Positions 18,138-28,151 of a stretch of DNA of 64,000 nt are shown here, piece after piece (within the stretch, counting starts at the first letter, position 1; every line of letters begins with the position of its first letter). The position numbers were made by a program, and so were the translations under genes. Below the pieces are notes generated by a model. The model did no database searches. It was given only the letters and a program-made list of their open reading frames with translations, and was not told the DNA's origin. Source of the stretch: Verrucomicrobiota bacterium (GTDB lineage Bacteria; Verrucomicrobiota; Verrucomicrobiia; Limisphaerales; AAA164-E04); the NCBI GenBank assembly GCA_047947115.1, contig CP170459.1, positions 1,952,001-2,016,000 on the forward strand. Direction: 5' to 3'.

Positions 18138-18174
18138 TGGAGAGGAGCATTCAGGTGCCCTTCCATTTTTTTTT
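18138..18174 (+). terminator. Probable terminator after smc
   Basis: Imperfect stem TGGA-g-AGG-a-GCAT-tcag-GTGC-CCT-TCCA followed by T9. Confidence 0.5.
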
Positions 18175-18194
18175 GAAAAACTTCACCTTTGATG

Positions 18195-18248
18195 TTGAAA
18201 GCACAATCTGTTGTGGTATTGTTTCTGTCTGTATCCAACAGCTAGTAT
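18195..18248 (+). promoter_or_regulatory. nrdJ promoter with two NrdR boxes
   Basis: -35 TTGAAA (18195), 16-bp spacer, TGn extended -10 TATTGT (18217). Box 1 GCACAATCTGTTGTGG (18201-18216) fills the spacer; box 2 ATCCAACAGCTAGTAT (18233-18248) starts 32 bp later, the typical NrdR spacing. Confidence 0.8.
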
Positions 18249-18410
18249 GCTAAGGGGCTCGCAAGGGTAAGCAATTTCGTCGTATTTCGTACTGCGGCAT
18301 GTCCGCAAACTGTCGTTCCAAACAATCCCGTAGGGATCATCACAGGGTGCTCTACGTACTCTGCGATATCAATGAATTTAAGACAAATCTGATAGAAGAA
18401 AGCATAGCAA

Positions 18411-21400
18411 ATGATCAACGCACAGGATGATTTATTAACCCAATCAACGGGCGTCCGCGCAGGAGGAAGAGCGCGTTCGTCCAAAGCACGTAAATCCAAA
18501 CGAGGAGGCGTCAAGAAGAAGGACGCACTCAAGATCAAACGAATTTTCAGCGCCGCACAAGATTCACCCTATGATCAGGTGGAATGGGACAAGCGTGTGG
18601 CTGAGATCACCGACGGCAAGGGTAAGATTATTTTCCGTCAGGAAAATGTGGAGGTGCCCAAGTCCTGGTCGATGCTTGCGACCAACGTGGTGGTTTCCAA
18701 GTATTTTTATGGAGAACAGGGAACCGGCGAGCGTGAGTTTTCCGTTCGCCAGTTGATCCATCGGGTGTGTCGCACCATTACGGATTGGGGGATCAAGGAC
18801 GGGTATTTCAGCAAAGCAGATGGCGAGGTGTTCTATAACGAGCTTTCCTGGCTTTGTCTGAATCAGTATGGCGCCTTTAACTCGCCGGTTTGGTTCAATG
18901 TCGGCTTGTATCATGAATACGGAGTTGGGCGTGATTCGGCCAAAGGCAATTGGTATTTCGATCCTGAAACCCAGCACGCCGAACGTGCGCCGACACAGTA
19001 CGAATACCCTCAGTGCAGCGCCTGTTTCATTCAGTCCGTCGATGACAACATGGAGGACATCATGCGACTGGCTTACAGTGAAGCCATGCTGTTCAAGTAC
19101 GGTTCCGGAACCGGATCCGATCTGTCACCCATTCGTTCCAGCCGTGAAAAACTCAGCGGCGGCGGACGTCCGAGTGGACCGATGTCTTTCCTGAAAGTTT
19201 ATGATCAAGTGGCTAATGTGGTAAAATCGGGTGGAAAAACCCGTCGTGCCGCCAAGATGAATACCTTGAAGGACTGGCACGGAGACATCGAAGATTTCAT
19301 TGATGCCAAGCAACGCGAAGAAAAGAAAGCCTGGGCGTTGATTGAGCAGGGGTATGATGGTTCTTACAACGGTGATGCCTACGGAAGCGTCATGTATCAG
19401 AATGAAAACCTGTCAGTGCGGGTCAGTGATGAATTTCTGGATGCAGCCCTCAATGACAAGGAATGGTGGACCCGATCGGTGACGACCGGAAAACCGCTTG
19501 AAAAGAAGAGCGCTTCCAATTTGCTTCATCGGATTGCCGAGGGAACCCACATCTGTGGCGATCCCGGATTGCAATATGACGGTGCGATTCAGAAATGGCA
19601 TACCTGCAAGGGAACCGAACCCATTCATTCCACCAATCCATGCTCGGAGTATGTTTTCCTAAACAATACCGCCTGCAACCTGGCGTCCTTGAACCTGATG
19701 AAGTTCAAGCGTGAAGATGGACGTTTCGACGTAGATCGTTTCAAAGCCGCTTTGCGATTGTTCATTACGGCACAGGAAATCGTGGTCGACAATTCGTCCT
19801 ATCCCACCCCGGATATTGCCGAAAATTCACATATTTTCCGCACACTTGGTTTGGGATATGCAAATCTGGGATCGTTGATCATGAGCTATGGTCTGTCTTA
19901 CGATTCCGATGCCGGACGTTCTCTGGCAGGTGCCATCACCGCCATCATGACCGGTCATGCTTACGAACAATCCGCCGAATTGGCGCGGATCATGGGGCCG
20001 TTTCCCGGATACAAGGATGCCCGATGTGCGGGTGTTGAGAATCCACTCAACAAGGATAATGTCGATTCCATGCTGGCAGTGATTCGTCAGCACAAGCAGG
20101 CTGCCGAGGAAATTCATCCCAGCCAGGAGTTCGATTACCTGAAGCAGGAAGCACGTCACTGCTGGGAACACGCCTTGCGACACGGTGAAGATCACGGTTA
20201 TCGCAACGCACAGGTGACCGTGCTTGCTCCGACCGGGACTATTGCCTTCCTGATGGACTGCGACACTACCGGTATTGAGCCCGATATTGCCTTGGTCAAG
20301 TACAAGCTCCTGGCCGGAGGAGGCATGTTGAAGATTGTTAATCGCACCGTACCCCAGGCCCTGCGGCGGCTGGGCTATTCCCAGAAGGAATCCGATCGCA
20401 TCATCGCGCACATTGAGAAATATGACACCATCGAAAATGTGAACGATGACGGCAAGGTGGTCGAAAGCGGGTTGCACCCGGAACACCTGAGTGTTTTTGA
20501 CTGTGCTTTCAAGCCGCATCGCGGGACGCGCAGCATTCATTACATGGCCCACCTGAAAATGATGGGAGCCGCACAACCATTCATCAGTGGAGCTATTTCC
20601 AAGACGGTGAATCTTCCCAATGAATGTTCCGTTGAGGACATCAAGGATGCTTATGTGCAGGCATGGAAAATGGGGCTCAAATGCGTGGCCATTTACCGCG
20701 ACGGCTCGAAGCGATCACAGCCGCTGAACACGAATCAGAGTTCAACAGAGTCTGGCGGTGAATCTTCTGAGAATCAGATTGCGGCCTTGAAGCAGGAGAT
20801 ACAACAATTGAGCAAACAGGCCACGCAACCGCTGCGTCGTCGTCTGCCTGAAACGCGTCAGGCTGTGACTCACAAATTTGACATCGCCGGTCATGAAGGT
20901 TATCTGACCGTCGGGCTGTTCGAAGATGGCAGCCCGGGTGAATTGTTCATCACCATGGCCAAGGAAGGTTCCACTATTGGCGGTCTGATGGACAGTGTGG
21001 CGACATTGACCAGTATGGCACTTCAGTATGGTGTGCCACTCGATGCCCTTGTGAAGAAATTCTCGCACCAGCGTTTCGAACCCTCAGGTTTCACCAAAAA
21101 TCCGAACATTCGCAATTGTTCATCAATACCGGACTATGTTTTCCGCTGGATGTCTCAAACATTTCAGCCCAGTGAAGCCTTGCAAGGAGATATCAATCCT
21201 CAGGCCGAGCTTGAAATGCCCGGACTGGAGGACGAGGTTAAAAAAAAAGTGAATCGTCCGATCGCCGAACTTCCGCTCAGTGAAGAGGCGACGCGTGCCA
21301 AACAGGCCTTGGATATCAAGGCAGGCGGTGAAAATGGCCCCACAGTCCGCGAACAGAAACCCGCAATTGTGGAAGGCCAATCCTTCGTCAATCAAAGCGA

Positions 21401-21494
21401 TGCGCCGGCTTGCCCGAATTGTGGGCATGTGACCGTTCGAAACGGAGCTTGTTACAAATGCCTCAACTGCGGCGAAAGCTTGGGGTGCTCTTGA
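18411..21494 (+). CDS. nrdJ: Vitamin B12-dependent (class II) ribonucleotide reductase
   Basis: FNSPVWFNVG, PQCSACFI, GGKTRRAAKM, TNPCSEY (thiyl Cys), TVLAPTGT, ISKTVN, YRDGSK; TSCPD-like domain and C-terminal CPNC...CYKCLNC; no intein seen. Confidence 0.97.
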   Translation: MINAQDDLLTQSTGVRAGGRARSSKARKSKRGGVKKKDALKIKRIFSAAQDSPYDQVEWDKRVAEITDGKGKIIFRQENVEVPKSWSMLATNVVVSKYFYGEQGTGEREFSVRQLIHRVCRTITDWGIKDGYFSKADGEVFYNELSWLCLNQYGAFNSPVWFNVGLYHEYGVGRDSAKGNWYFDPETQHAERAPTQYEYPQCSACFIQSVDDNMEDIMRLAYSEAMLFKYGSGTGSDLSPIRSSREKLSGGGRPSGPMSFLKVYDQVANVVKSGGKTRRAAKMNTLKDWHGDIEDFIDAKQREEKKAWALIEQGYDGSYNGDAYGSVMYQNENLSVRVSDEFLDAALNDKEWWTRSVTTGKPLEKKSASNLLHRIAEGTHICGDPGLQYDGAIQKWHTCKGTEPIHSTNPCSEYVFLNNTACNLASLNLMKFKREDGRFDVDRFKAALRLFITAQEIVVDNSSYPTPDIAENSHIFRTLGLGYANLGSLIMSYGLSYDSDAGRSLAGAITAIMTGHAYEQSAELARIMGPFPGYKDARCAGVENPLNKDNVDSMLAVIRQHKQAAEEIHPSQEFDYLKQEARHCWEHALRHGEDHGYRNAQVTVLAPTGTIAFLMDCDTTGIEPDIALVKYKLLAGGGMLKIVNRTVPQALRRLGYSQKESDRIIAHIEKYDTIENVNDDGKVVESGLHPEHLSVFDCAFKPHRGTRSIHYMAHLKMMGAAQPFISGAISKTVNLPNECSVEDIKDAYVQAWKMGLKCVAIYRDGSKRSQPLNTNQSSTESGGESSENQIAALKQEIQQLSKQATQPLRRRLPETRQAVTHKFDIAGHEGYLTVGLFEDGSPGELFITMAKEGSTIGGLMDSVATLTSMALQYGVPLDALVKKFSHQRFEPSGFTKNPNIRNCSSIPDYVFRWMSQTFQPSEALQGDINPQAELEMPGLEDEVKKKVNRPIAELPLSEEATRAKQALDIKAGGENGPTVREQKPAIVEGQSFVNQSDAPACPNCGHVTVRNGACYKCLNCGESLGCS

Positions 21495-21524
21495 GACGAG
21501 TGCCGGCCAATTTAGCGCAATGAC

Positions 21525-21562
21525 AAGCGGGGATGGGATCAACCCCATCCCCGCTTTTATTT
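21525..21562 (+). terminator. Rho-independent terminator after nrdJ
   Basis: AAGCGGGGATGGG-ATCAAC-CCCATCCCCGCTT followed by TTATTT. Confidence 0.88.
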
Positions 21563-21741
21563 GGGGGATGTCTGTGCTGCCCGGGCAGGCATTCTACTTT
21601 TCTGAAAACCAGACCCAATTAAAGATGGAGTGACATTTTTTGTATCCGTAGTGACGAAGGAGTGGGGAAATCTTTCATCTTTTGTTTCAAGGCTGGTGAA
21701 CGCGCTTGAAATGCTTTCAAAGGGTTGCTATGTGTCTGGCC

Positions 21742-22467
21742 ATGGGACGTCAATGGCTCCATTCAAAAAAAGCGGTCGCTTCCAAAAAGAAGGCTCAGGC
21801 GACTGGTAAACTGGTCAGAGAGATCGTGGTCGCCGCCAAGTTGGGCGGTGTGGATCCCGACATGAATCCTCGTCTTGCCCAGGCGTGTGAAAAAGCGCGC
21901 AAGGCAAGTGTTTCCAAGGACACCATCGATCGTGCCTGCAAAAAGGCTGCCGGTGGTGACGACGGTTCTCTGGATTCGTTGTTTTTCGAAGGGTATGCTC
22001 CACATAAAGTGCCTGTGATCGTCGAAACAATGACCGACAACCCCAATCGCACCGCCCCTGAAATTCGTGTTTTATTCCGAAAGGGGCAGTTGGGAGCTCC
22101 GGGAAGCAACAAATTCTTATTTGATTTGGTTGGAATGGTTGAAGCCTTCCGTGATTCTGAGGAATTGGACCTGGAAGAGGTTGCCATTGAGGCTGGGGCC
22201 AATGAGGTGGAGCCGTTGGACTCCAACCAGAATGATGACATTCCTGAAGACGCTCTCGGGGCCAGGTTTCTGTGCGAACGAAGCGACATTCACACGGTTT
22301 CAAAATGGTTGGCCGGTAATGGGTGGAAGGTTGTGACCAGTGAACCCGGGTATGTTCCAAAAAACCTTTGTGAGTTGGATGATGATCAACTGGAAGAGGT
22401 CGGAGAGTTTTTGGACGCACTGGATGAACACGATGATGTGCATCGTATCTGGGCCGCTTTGAAGTAG
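21742..22467 (+). CDS. yebC: YebC/PmpR family protein
   Basis: MGRQW...KLVREIVVAAKLGG.DPDMNPRL, FEGYAP, VETMTDNPNRT, LDEHDDVHRIW. Confidence 0.93.
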   Translation: MGRQWLHSKKAVASKKKAQATGKLVREIVVAAKLGGVDPDMNPRLAQACEKARKASVSKDTIDRACKKAAGGDDGSLDSLFFEGYAPHKVPVIVETMTDNPNRTAPEIRVLFRKGQLGAPGSNKFLFDLVGMVEAFRDSEELDLEEVAIEAGANEVEPLDSNQNDDIPEDALGARFLCERSDIHTVSKWLAGNGWKVVTSEPGYVPKNLCELDDDQLEEVGEFLDALDEHDDVHRIWAALK

Positions 22468-22472
22468 TTGGG

Positions 22473-24848
22473 TCAGGCTGGTTGTTCCAGCTCAATCTCG
22501 AACTAGAAAATCGACCCCTGTATTGGAGCCGGTAGGTAGCCTATTTCGCCGCCCATGGCCTGCACAAGGCGTTTGCAGATGGACAATCCCAGTCCGCTGC
22601 CTCCGTACTCGCGGACATCGGAACTGTCTCCCTGGGTGAAGGGTTCGAACAGGTCGTTCTGCAAATTTTTAGAAACTCCGATTCCGGAATCCTCCACTTC
22701 TATCCGGATACGGAATTTGTTCCGGATTTCATGAACTTTTCGGGTCCTCAAGGTGATGGATCCTTGAAGGGTGAACTTGATGCTGTTTCCGACCAGGTTG
22801 ATAATGATCTAGCTGAGCCTTTGTGAGTCCCCCAGCAGTTGCTCTGGAATGCCAGGGTCACAGTCCAGGTGCAACAACAATTCTTTCTTTTTCGCGTTGC
22901 CCTCTGTGACTTTCAAAGCGTCCCGCAGTGTTTCCTTGAATTTGAAAGGGTGTTGATGGAGTTTGAGTTTTCCTGCCTCCATTTTGGACAAATCCAGAAT
23001 GTCGTTGATGGTTTTGAGAAGGACTTCGCCGCAATGCTTCACCGTTTCGGCATAGTCCCGTTGTTCATCGTTGAGCTGGGTATTCAGAAGCAGGAAATTC
23101 ATCCCCAACATGCCATTCATCGGGGTGCGGATTTCGTGCGAAACAGTCGAAAGAAATTCGGATTTTACATGCAGTGCCCGGAGCGCCTCATCTTTCGCCA
23201 GTTCCAGTTCGGTGTTTTTCTGTTCCACCTCCAGCATGTGCAATTCACGTTCCCGGAACATACGGCGTTTATGCTGATAGTATTTTGCCAGTAGTGCGAT
23301 CACAACGACCAACAGAATAAAGAGAATGATGGATGCCAGAGTGATAAATTCGGAAGTCCGATACCACGGCGCTAAATGATCTTCGGGCAGCACTCTCAGC
23401 TGAACCGTTTCCACGGAGGATTCATTCAGCTCATTGTCAAATGCTTTGTCTTCGATTTTATTGACTTTGCTCAGCAGGTCGAATGTTGTTGTGCGGCCTT
23501 TGCGGAAGGCGGGGATGTGAAAGTCCAGATCCCGATAGGTTGGAGTTTGTCTGGTGTCCAACACAGTTACATTGTTCGGGTCGAAAGGGATCGTCAGAGG
23601 GATCATGCCGCTTGCTTCACTGAAGGTTCGTTTCAGTCCCATCCATGTTTGTGGTAAGTGGACTCGCAAGCGGTATTTTTGTTTGGGAAGATTGACAAAG
23701 CGATAATTGCCGTCCGCATCAGACCAGGTGAAAAAGGACTCCTTGTCCGAAGAGGAGGGATCGTTTCCCTCTGCAAGAGCCTCCACCAGCACGAAGGGAA
23801 ACGGTACGTTATTAAGAGTGAACACCGAGCCTTCCAGATGCAGCGCGGGATTCAAAGTAAGGTTTTGCAGGATCGTTCCACTTTCGTTGATCTTGTCAGT
23901 ATCAATATGCGTGCGGACACCCCTGGTGAGATGGGTGGCAACCAGTTCGAGTGGTCTGCCCGGTGGAATTGATTGAGTGGAGACAATGGCATATTGACCG
24001 GACGAATCAGAGGTTATTCGATTTAAAACAGTCTTGCCGGATTTTAATTCGACACTGGCATTGGCAAGCGAATTGCCTGATTCATCCTTGATTTCCCCCT
24101 GGATAATCATGGGGTTTGGCGATTGGATCAGGCTTTCCCAGGGCAGGGGAGAAAGAGTTGCGTCACCTTCCAGTTGCGCGGATTTCAAGATCGGTGAAGA
24201 GGCGGGAGGAGGTGTTGGATCAAAGTTCCATAATCCCCTGAGCCCGGTTTCGGTGCCGGATGCCTGTTGTTGCATGGTCGCCCGGATCTGGTCGGGGCTT
24301 CGAGCGTGGTCCCAAATACGCAATTCATCGAGGGCTCCGATGAAATGTCCGTTTTGTTCCCAAGGCCCGACCCCTGCCCGGGCCGGGCCCTTGCCGGCAA
24401 TGGAACCGATTTCCTGGATGCCCTGCTGGCTTTTGGCAATCAGGACGCCATTCATATAAAGCTGCAAACCCTGGGTAGTGTTGATGACGGCTGCCAGATG
24501 ATACCACTGATGCAGTTCCGCCGATCGACTCGCCCTGGCAACATGTGACGTCCCAGTGTTCTCATAGACAAACAACTGCAGATCGGATGTGCTGCTGAAT
24601 GTGTTCAGGCCGACACAACTCAGTGTTGTTCCAAAACTCCAGGGTTGAGCAAATCGATTGAAACCGTCCCACCGGATCCAGGCTTCAATCGTGCATTCAG
24701 TCAATCCACTTAGAATGTCATCCTCAAGCCTGGCCGCATCCTTGCTGTCACTCAGGAGAAGTACGTGATTAGAGACTGATTGTGAGAGGAGTAAAGAAGT
24801 CGGGTGCAGAAATATTGCGCACACTAATATCCATGACCTCCAATTCAT
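22473..24848 (-). pseudogene. Decayed membrane sensor histidine kinase (LamG-like, carboxypeptidase-regulatory-like domains, TM, HisKA, HATPase)
   Basis: H-box KSEFLSTVSHEIRTPMNG. In-frame TAG at 22809-22811 (GDSQRLS*IIINLVGNSIKFT, conserved Q position) and at 22503-22505 (GSIF*FEIEL, conserved W position). The frame continues to TGA at 22473. Confidence 0.85.
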
Positions 24849-24920
24849 GGCCTCATTATAGAGCCAAGTTTGGAAGCTATCCAGCCTTACCTGGTTTAAA
24901 TTTCAGGGGCTGGCCCTGTT

Positions 24921-26039
24921 TTAATGTTGGGGCAATCTACTTTCCATGAATTCGTAGGATTGATTGCGTATTTCTGCAGGGAAATCATGCCCGCAATCGG
25001 GATGCTCTGCGTGCAGGTTGGATGATTTGCCCCGTAGTTCATAGACAGTTTGTGCACATTCCACAATACGGGCGACACTTTGCCACTTGAAATTGTCATC
25101 TCCTTTTGGAGCGCAAATAAAAATCCCCCTCGGTGCAAGCGCTGCCACCAATTCGTGGAAATCGAATGGGATTTCCTCAAGTGTGTAGTCCAGCAGCCTC
25201 GGCATGTAGCGCTCACTGGTCCAGCCCCGTATGTCTCCGTTTTTGTAGTCCAGAAATGAATCAAACCCGCAACTTGTGACGACAACCTGAATGCGTGCAT
25301 CAAACACAGCTGTATAAATCGCGTTGTGCCCACCCAGGGAATGGCCGATGGCGGCGAATCCTGAAGTGTTGACGTTGGGCAGGGACTCCAATAAGTCGAG
25401 CCCGCGTCGATTGTCCCAAATGGCCTTCATGGTCCCGCTTTCGTATCCGAGTTCGTGCAGGTTCGGCTGGTAATTGGCCAGCAACGGATAGGCCGGGGCA
25501 AGTGTGATCCATCCCCGTTCCGCCAACTCATGGGCGTATTGTCTGCCGGGACGACCGCCCAATCCCATGACCACTTTGTGTCCGACCTGATTGTCGGTCG
25601 GGTGAAGGCAAAGTGCGGCTCTTGCCTGGATTCCGGGTTGCAGGGAGCGTTTGGGAAGGTTCAAATAAGCCGGCACTCTGGATCCAGGTTCGGATTGGTA
25701 GGTGATCAAGCGCCGGATGTAGGAACCGGCATCCACTTCTTCCAGGGTTTCAGGCTCCAAATCACATCGCTTTGATTCATCGGGCATGTTCCCCATGACA
25801 GCTTCCATGCTGTTCAGAATTTCATTGCGACGCTGGAGCCATTCTGAAGGTGTGGTTGCTTTATGATGCTTGCCCTGAGCGGTCCTGTAGAGGAGTAAAT
25901 CCGTTCTTGGAAGTCGGTTGCTGCTTGTTGTGGCGGGCGTTTGGCCTGAGCTCGTTGGTGAAAGGACCAACAAAGCGAACACGCAGATCGTGTAGCGATA
26001 GCAGCTTTGTATAGGGAGACAAGGCAATGTGAAATTCAT
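24921..26039 (-). CDS. Secreted alpha/beta hydrolase (dienelactone hydrolase / acetyl esterase-like)
   Basis: Signal peptide; nucleophile elbow GHSLGG; ALAPRG; catalytic His in HPDCGHDFP. Confidence 0.85.
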   Translation of the reverse strand: MNFTLPCLPIQSCYRYTICVFALLVLSPTSSGQTPATTSSNRLPRTDLLLYRTAQGKHHKATTPSEWLQRRNEILNSMEAVMGNMPDESKRCDLEPETLEEVDAGSYIRRLITYQSEPGSRVPAYLNLPKRSLQPGIQARAALCLHPTDNQVGHKVVMGLGGRPGRQYAHELAERGWITLAPAYPLLANYQPNLHELGYESGTMKAIWDNRRGLDLLESLPNVNTSGFAAIGHSLGGHNAIYTAVFDARIQVVVTSCGFDSFLDYKNGDIRGWTSERYMPRLLDYTLEEIPFDFHELVAALAPRGIFICAPKGDDNFKWQSVARIVECAQTVYELRGKSSNLHAEHPDCGHDFPAEIRNQSYEFMESRLPQH

Positions 26040-27166
26040 GATTCAATGACTTGGATGGAGAGTTCTTTTCCGGGGCGTTCTTCCACGATACAGAAGTTTG
26101 AGGGGGAGCCAGGCGCCAGCCCTGTCGGAAGATGCATCCAACGAGCGGGTATTTCTGAAAAATGTTCCCAGACTTCCCTCCATGAACTCCCCAGCATATT
26201 CGCTGCCCGGACGACGCCCTGACACGGTCTGAGCGCCGAACCGGCAAAGTTGGATTTACCTGGTTGACGAACGATCTGATCTTCGCCGACTTCGAGTTCC
26301 AGGTTGCCGATAGTGTATCGTCCCGGTTCGGCCCCTGCCGCGGACATCGCATCCGTGGTATAGTAGATGTGATCTCTGGGAATCAATCGGTGGAACATTC
26401 GAAAGAGAGTGGGTGATACGTGGATCTTGTCCGGAATAAGGCCGGTCATCCAGGGACCATTGTCGATGGCCCGAAACAAAAGATTGTCGTGTCGATCCAA
26501 TTGCTGTGGGCATGCGTTCCCCAAATGAGTGAATCCCATCGCGCCCGCTTTTGCGGCTTTTTTAAGGCTCACACTGTCGGCGTTAGTATGGCCGAGGCTG
26601 ACTTGGATCCCCAGTTTGATTGCTTCCTCGATGGCCTCCAGGCTTCCCGGACGTTCCGGTGCGAGTGTCAGAAGGACAGGGTCATCGCCCGCAGTTGATC
26701 TTAATGTGCGGATGTGTTCCAAAGTCGGGTCTTCCATGCAGGCCGGTTGATGCGCACCGCAATAACCTGGTTCTTCCGATAAGAACGGTCCTTCAATGTG
26801 CCATCCCACGCACGATTCCATAAACTTTGGGTTTGCATCGCGAATGGATTTGAAATGTCTCAAGCGTCGCATCATGACCGGCCAGGGGGCAGTGATGAGG
26901 GTCAGTAAGAAGCGCGGGCAACCGTCACGGTGCAAAGCCTTGATTGCCTGGATCCATTCTGATTCGATGACTGTATCCCTTTGGAAATCGATGCCGCCGT
27001 AGCCGTTGATCTGAAGATCAATCAACCCCGGAGCAAGCCAGTTTTGTATGGCTGCGTTGGGTTGGATGTTTTCAGCGGATACAATGTGCTGCTGGTCGCA
27101 TCTGATTTCAATCCAGTCGCCGGTGCGCCAATGGCGTCCCTGAATTCTACGGGTGTGAGTGTTCAT
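26036..27166 (-). CDS. nagA: N-acetylglucosamine-6-phosphate deacetylase
   Basis: PGLIDLQING, HIEGPF, GAH, TLAPE, GHTNA, THLGNA, TTDAM, FAGS. Confidence 0.88.
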   Translation of the reverse strand: MNTHTRRIQGRHWRTGDWIEIRCDQQHIVSAENIQPNAAIQNWLAPGLIDLQINGYGGIDFQRDTVIESEWIQAIKALHRDGCPRFLLTLITAPWPVMMRRLRHFKSIRDANPKFMESCVGWHIEGPFLSEEPGYCGAHQPACMEDPTLEHIRTLRSTAGDDPVLLTLAPERPGSLEAIEEAIKLGIQVSLGHTNADSVSLKKAAKAGAMGFTHLGNACPQQLDRHDNLLFRAIDNGPWMTGLIPDKIHVSPTLFRMFHRLIPRDHIYYTTDAMSAAGAEPGRYTIGNLELEVGEDQIVRQPGKSNFAGSALRPCQGVVRAANMLGSSWREVWEHFSEIPARWMHLPTGLAPGSPSNFCIVEERPGKELSIQVIES

Positions 27167-28119
27167 GCGTCCGGATCCCGCATTAGTATCTGGTAAGAAG
27201 GTTCAATGTTCAGTTCGTGATGTTTCCTCAGGAAGCTATTCAATTTGCGAGGGGACACCGATTCGGTTGCTCCCCGCTGGGTGGCGACGATGGCACCCAG
27301 CGCACACCCTGTCCGGCAGGCATCTGCCAGGCTTAGACCGGACAGCAGGGAATGAACAAAGCCAGCGGTGCACGCATCACCGGCTCCGACGGGTTCTTTT
27401 TGCTTAATCTTGAATCCGGGTTGGTAGACGGTTTCCCCGTCTGCAGAAAAAGCCAGCGCTCCTTTGGCTCCCAGCGAGATCAGGCAGTAGCGCAAATGCC
27501 AGGCTTTGATCAAATCGTTGCCCATGCGGACCAAGTTGGAGTCGTCCATGCCAAACCAATCGGCCAGGATGGGGACTTCCTCAAGACTGCATTTCAGGAT
27601 GTGGGCGCGACGCAGTGAGGTTTCCACACACTTTTGGGTGTAGCAGTTTTTACGCAGGTTGACGTCATATACCTTGAGTGAATCGGCTGGCATTTGATCC
27701 AATACCCAATGGAGTGATTCCTTCGATTTGGGGGATCGCTGAACGAGGGTGCCAAAGCAGATGGCATCGGCTTGTCCGGCGATCCAGGCCAGTTCCTCAG
27801 ATGTCTCGATGTGGTCATAGGCCACATTTGGCACGATGTAATAATCCGGATTTTGCTCCGCATCGAGATGGACCTCCACCGTGCCCGTGGGGTGATGGAA
27901 ATCCTCCTGAATACCTGCTGTGGATATTTCCAGCTGCTCCATGACCTCGAGGGCACTTTCTCCCAGTTCATCTTTGCCGAGACGGGAAATGATGATGCTG
28001 CTGTGTCCGAATGTTCCCATTCGGTAGGCAAAGTTGCATGGCGCTCCACCCAGTGCGGGACCTTCCGGCAATAAATCCCACAAGACTTCTCCATAGGATA
28101 ATATGAGTTTCTGGCTCAT
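27163..28119 (-). CDS. PfkB-family carbohydrate kinase (fructokinase-like)
   Basis: GEVLWD, GGAPCNFA, FGTLVQRS, DVNLR, PVGAGDA. Confidence 0.9.
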   Translation of the reverse strand: MSQKLILSYGEVLWDLLPEGPALGGAPCNFAYRMGTFGHSSIIISRLGKDELGESALEVMEQLEISTAGIQEDFHHPTGTVEVHLDAEQNPDYYIVPNVAYDHIETSEELAWIAGQADAICFGTLVQRSPKSKESLHWVLDQMPADSLKVYDVNLRKNCYTQKCVETSLRRAHILKCSLEEVPILADWFGMDDSNLVRMGNDLIKAWHLRYCLISLGAKGALAFSADGETVYQPGFKIKQKEPVGAGDACTAGFVHSLLSGLSLADACRTGCALGAIVATQRGATESVSPRKLNSFLRKHHELNIEPSYQILMRDPDA

Positions 28120-28151
28120 GTTTATCAAAGTGTCAAAGCTGATCGTTTGAG

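Noticed and set aside
18249..18410. Cobalamin riboswitch in the ~160-nt nrdJ leader
   Set aside because: No B12-box or other recognisable conserved riboswitch elements; the NrdR boxes already explain regulation.
18411..21494. Intein or intron in the RNR
   Set aside because: The reading frame is continuous, the length is normal for NrdJ with a TSCPD domain, and there are no splicing or LAGLIDADG motifs.
22473..22811. Amber recoding or pyrrolysine
   Set aside because: The two TAGs replace different conserved residues (Q and W), TAG terminates many intact genes here, and no pyl genes are present.
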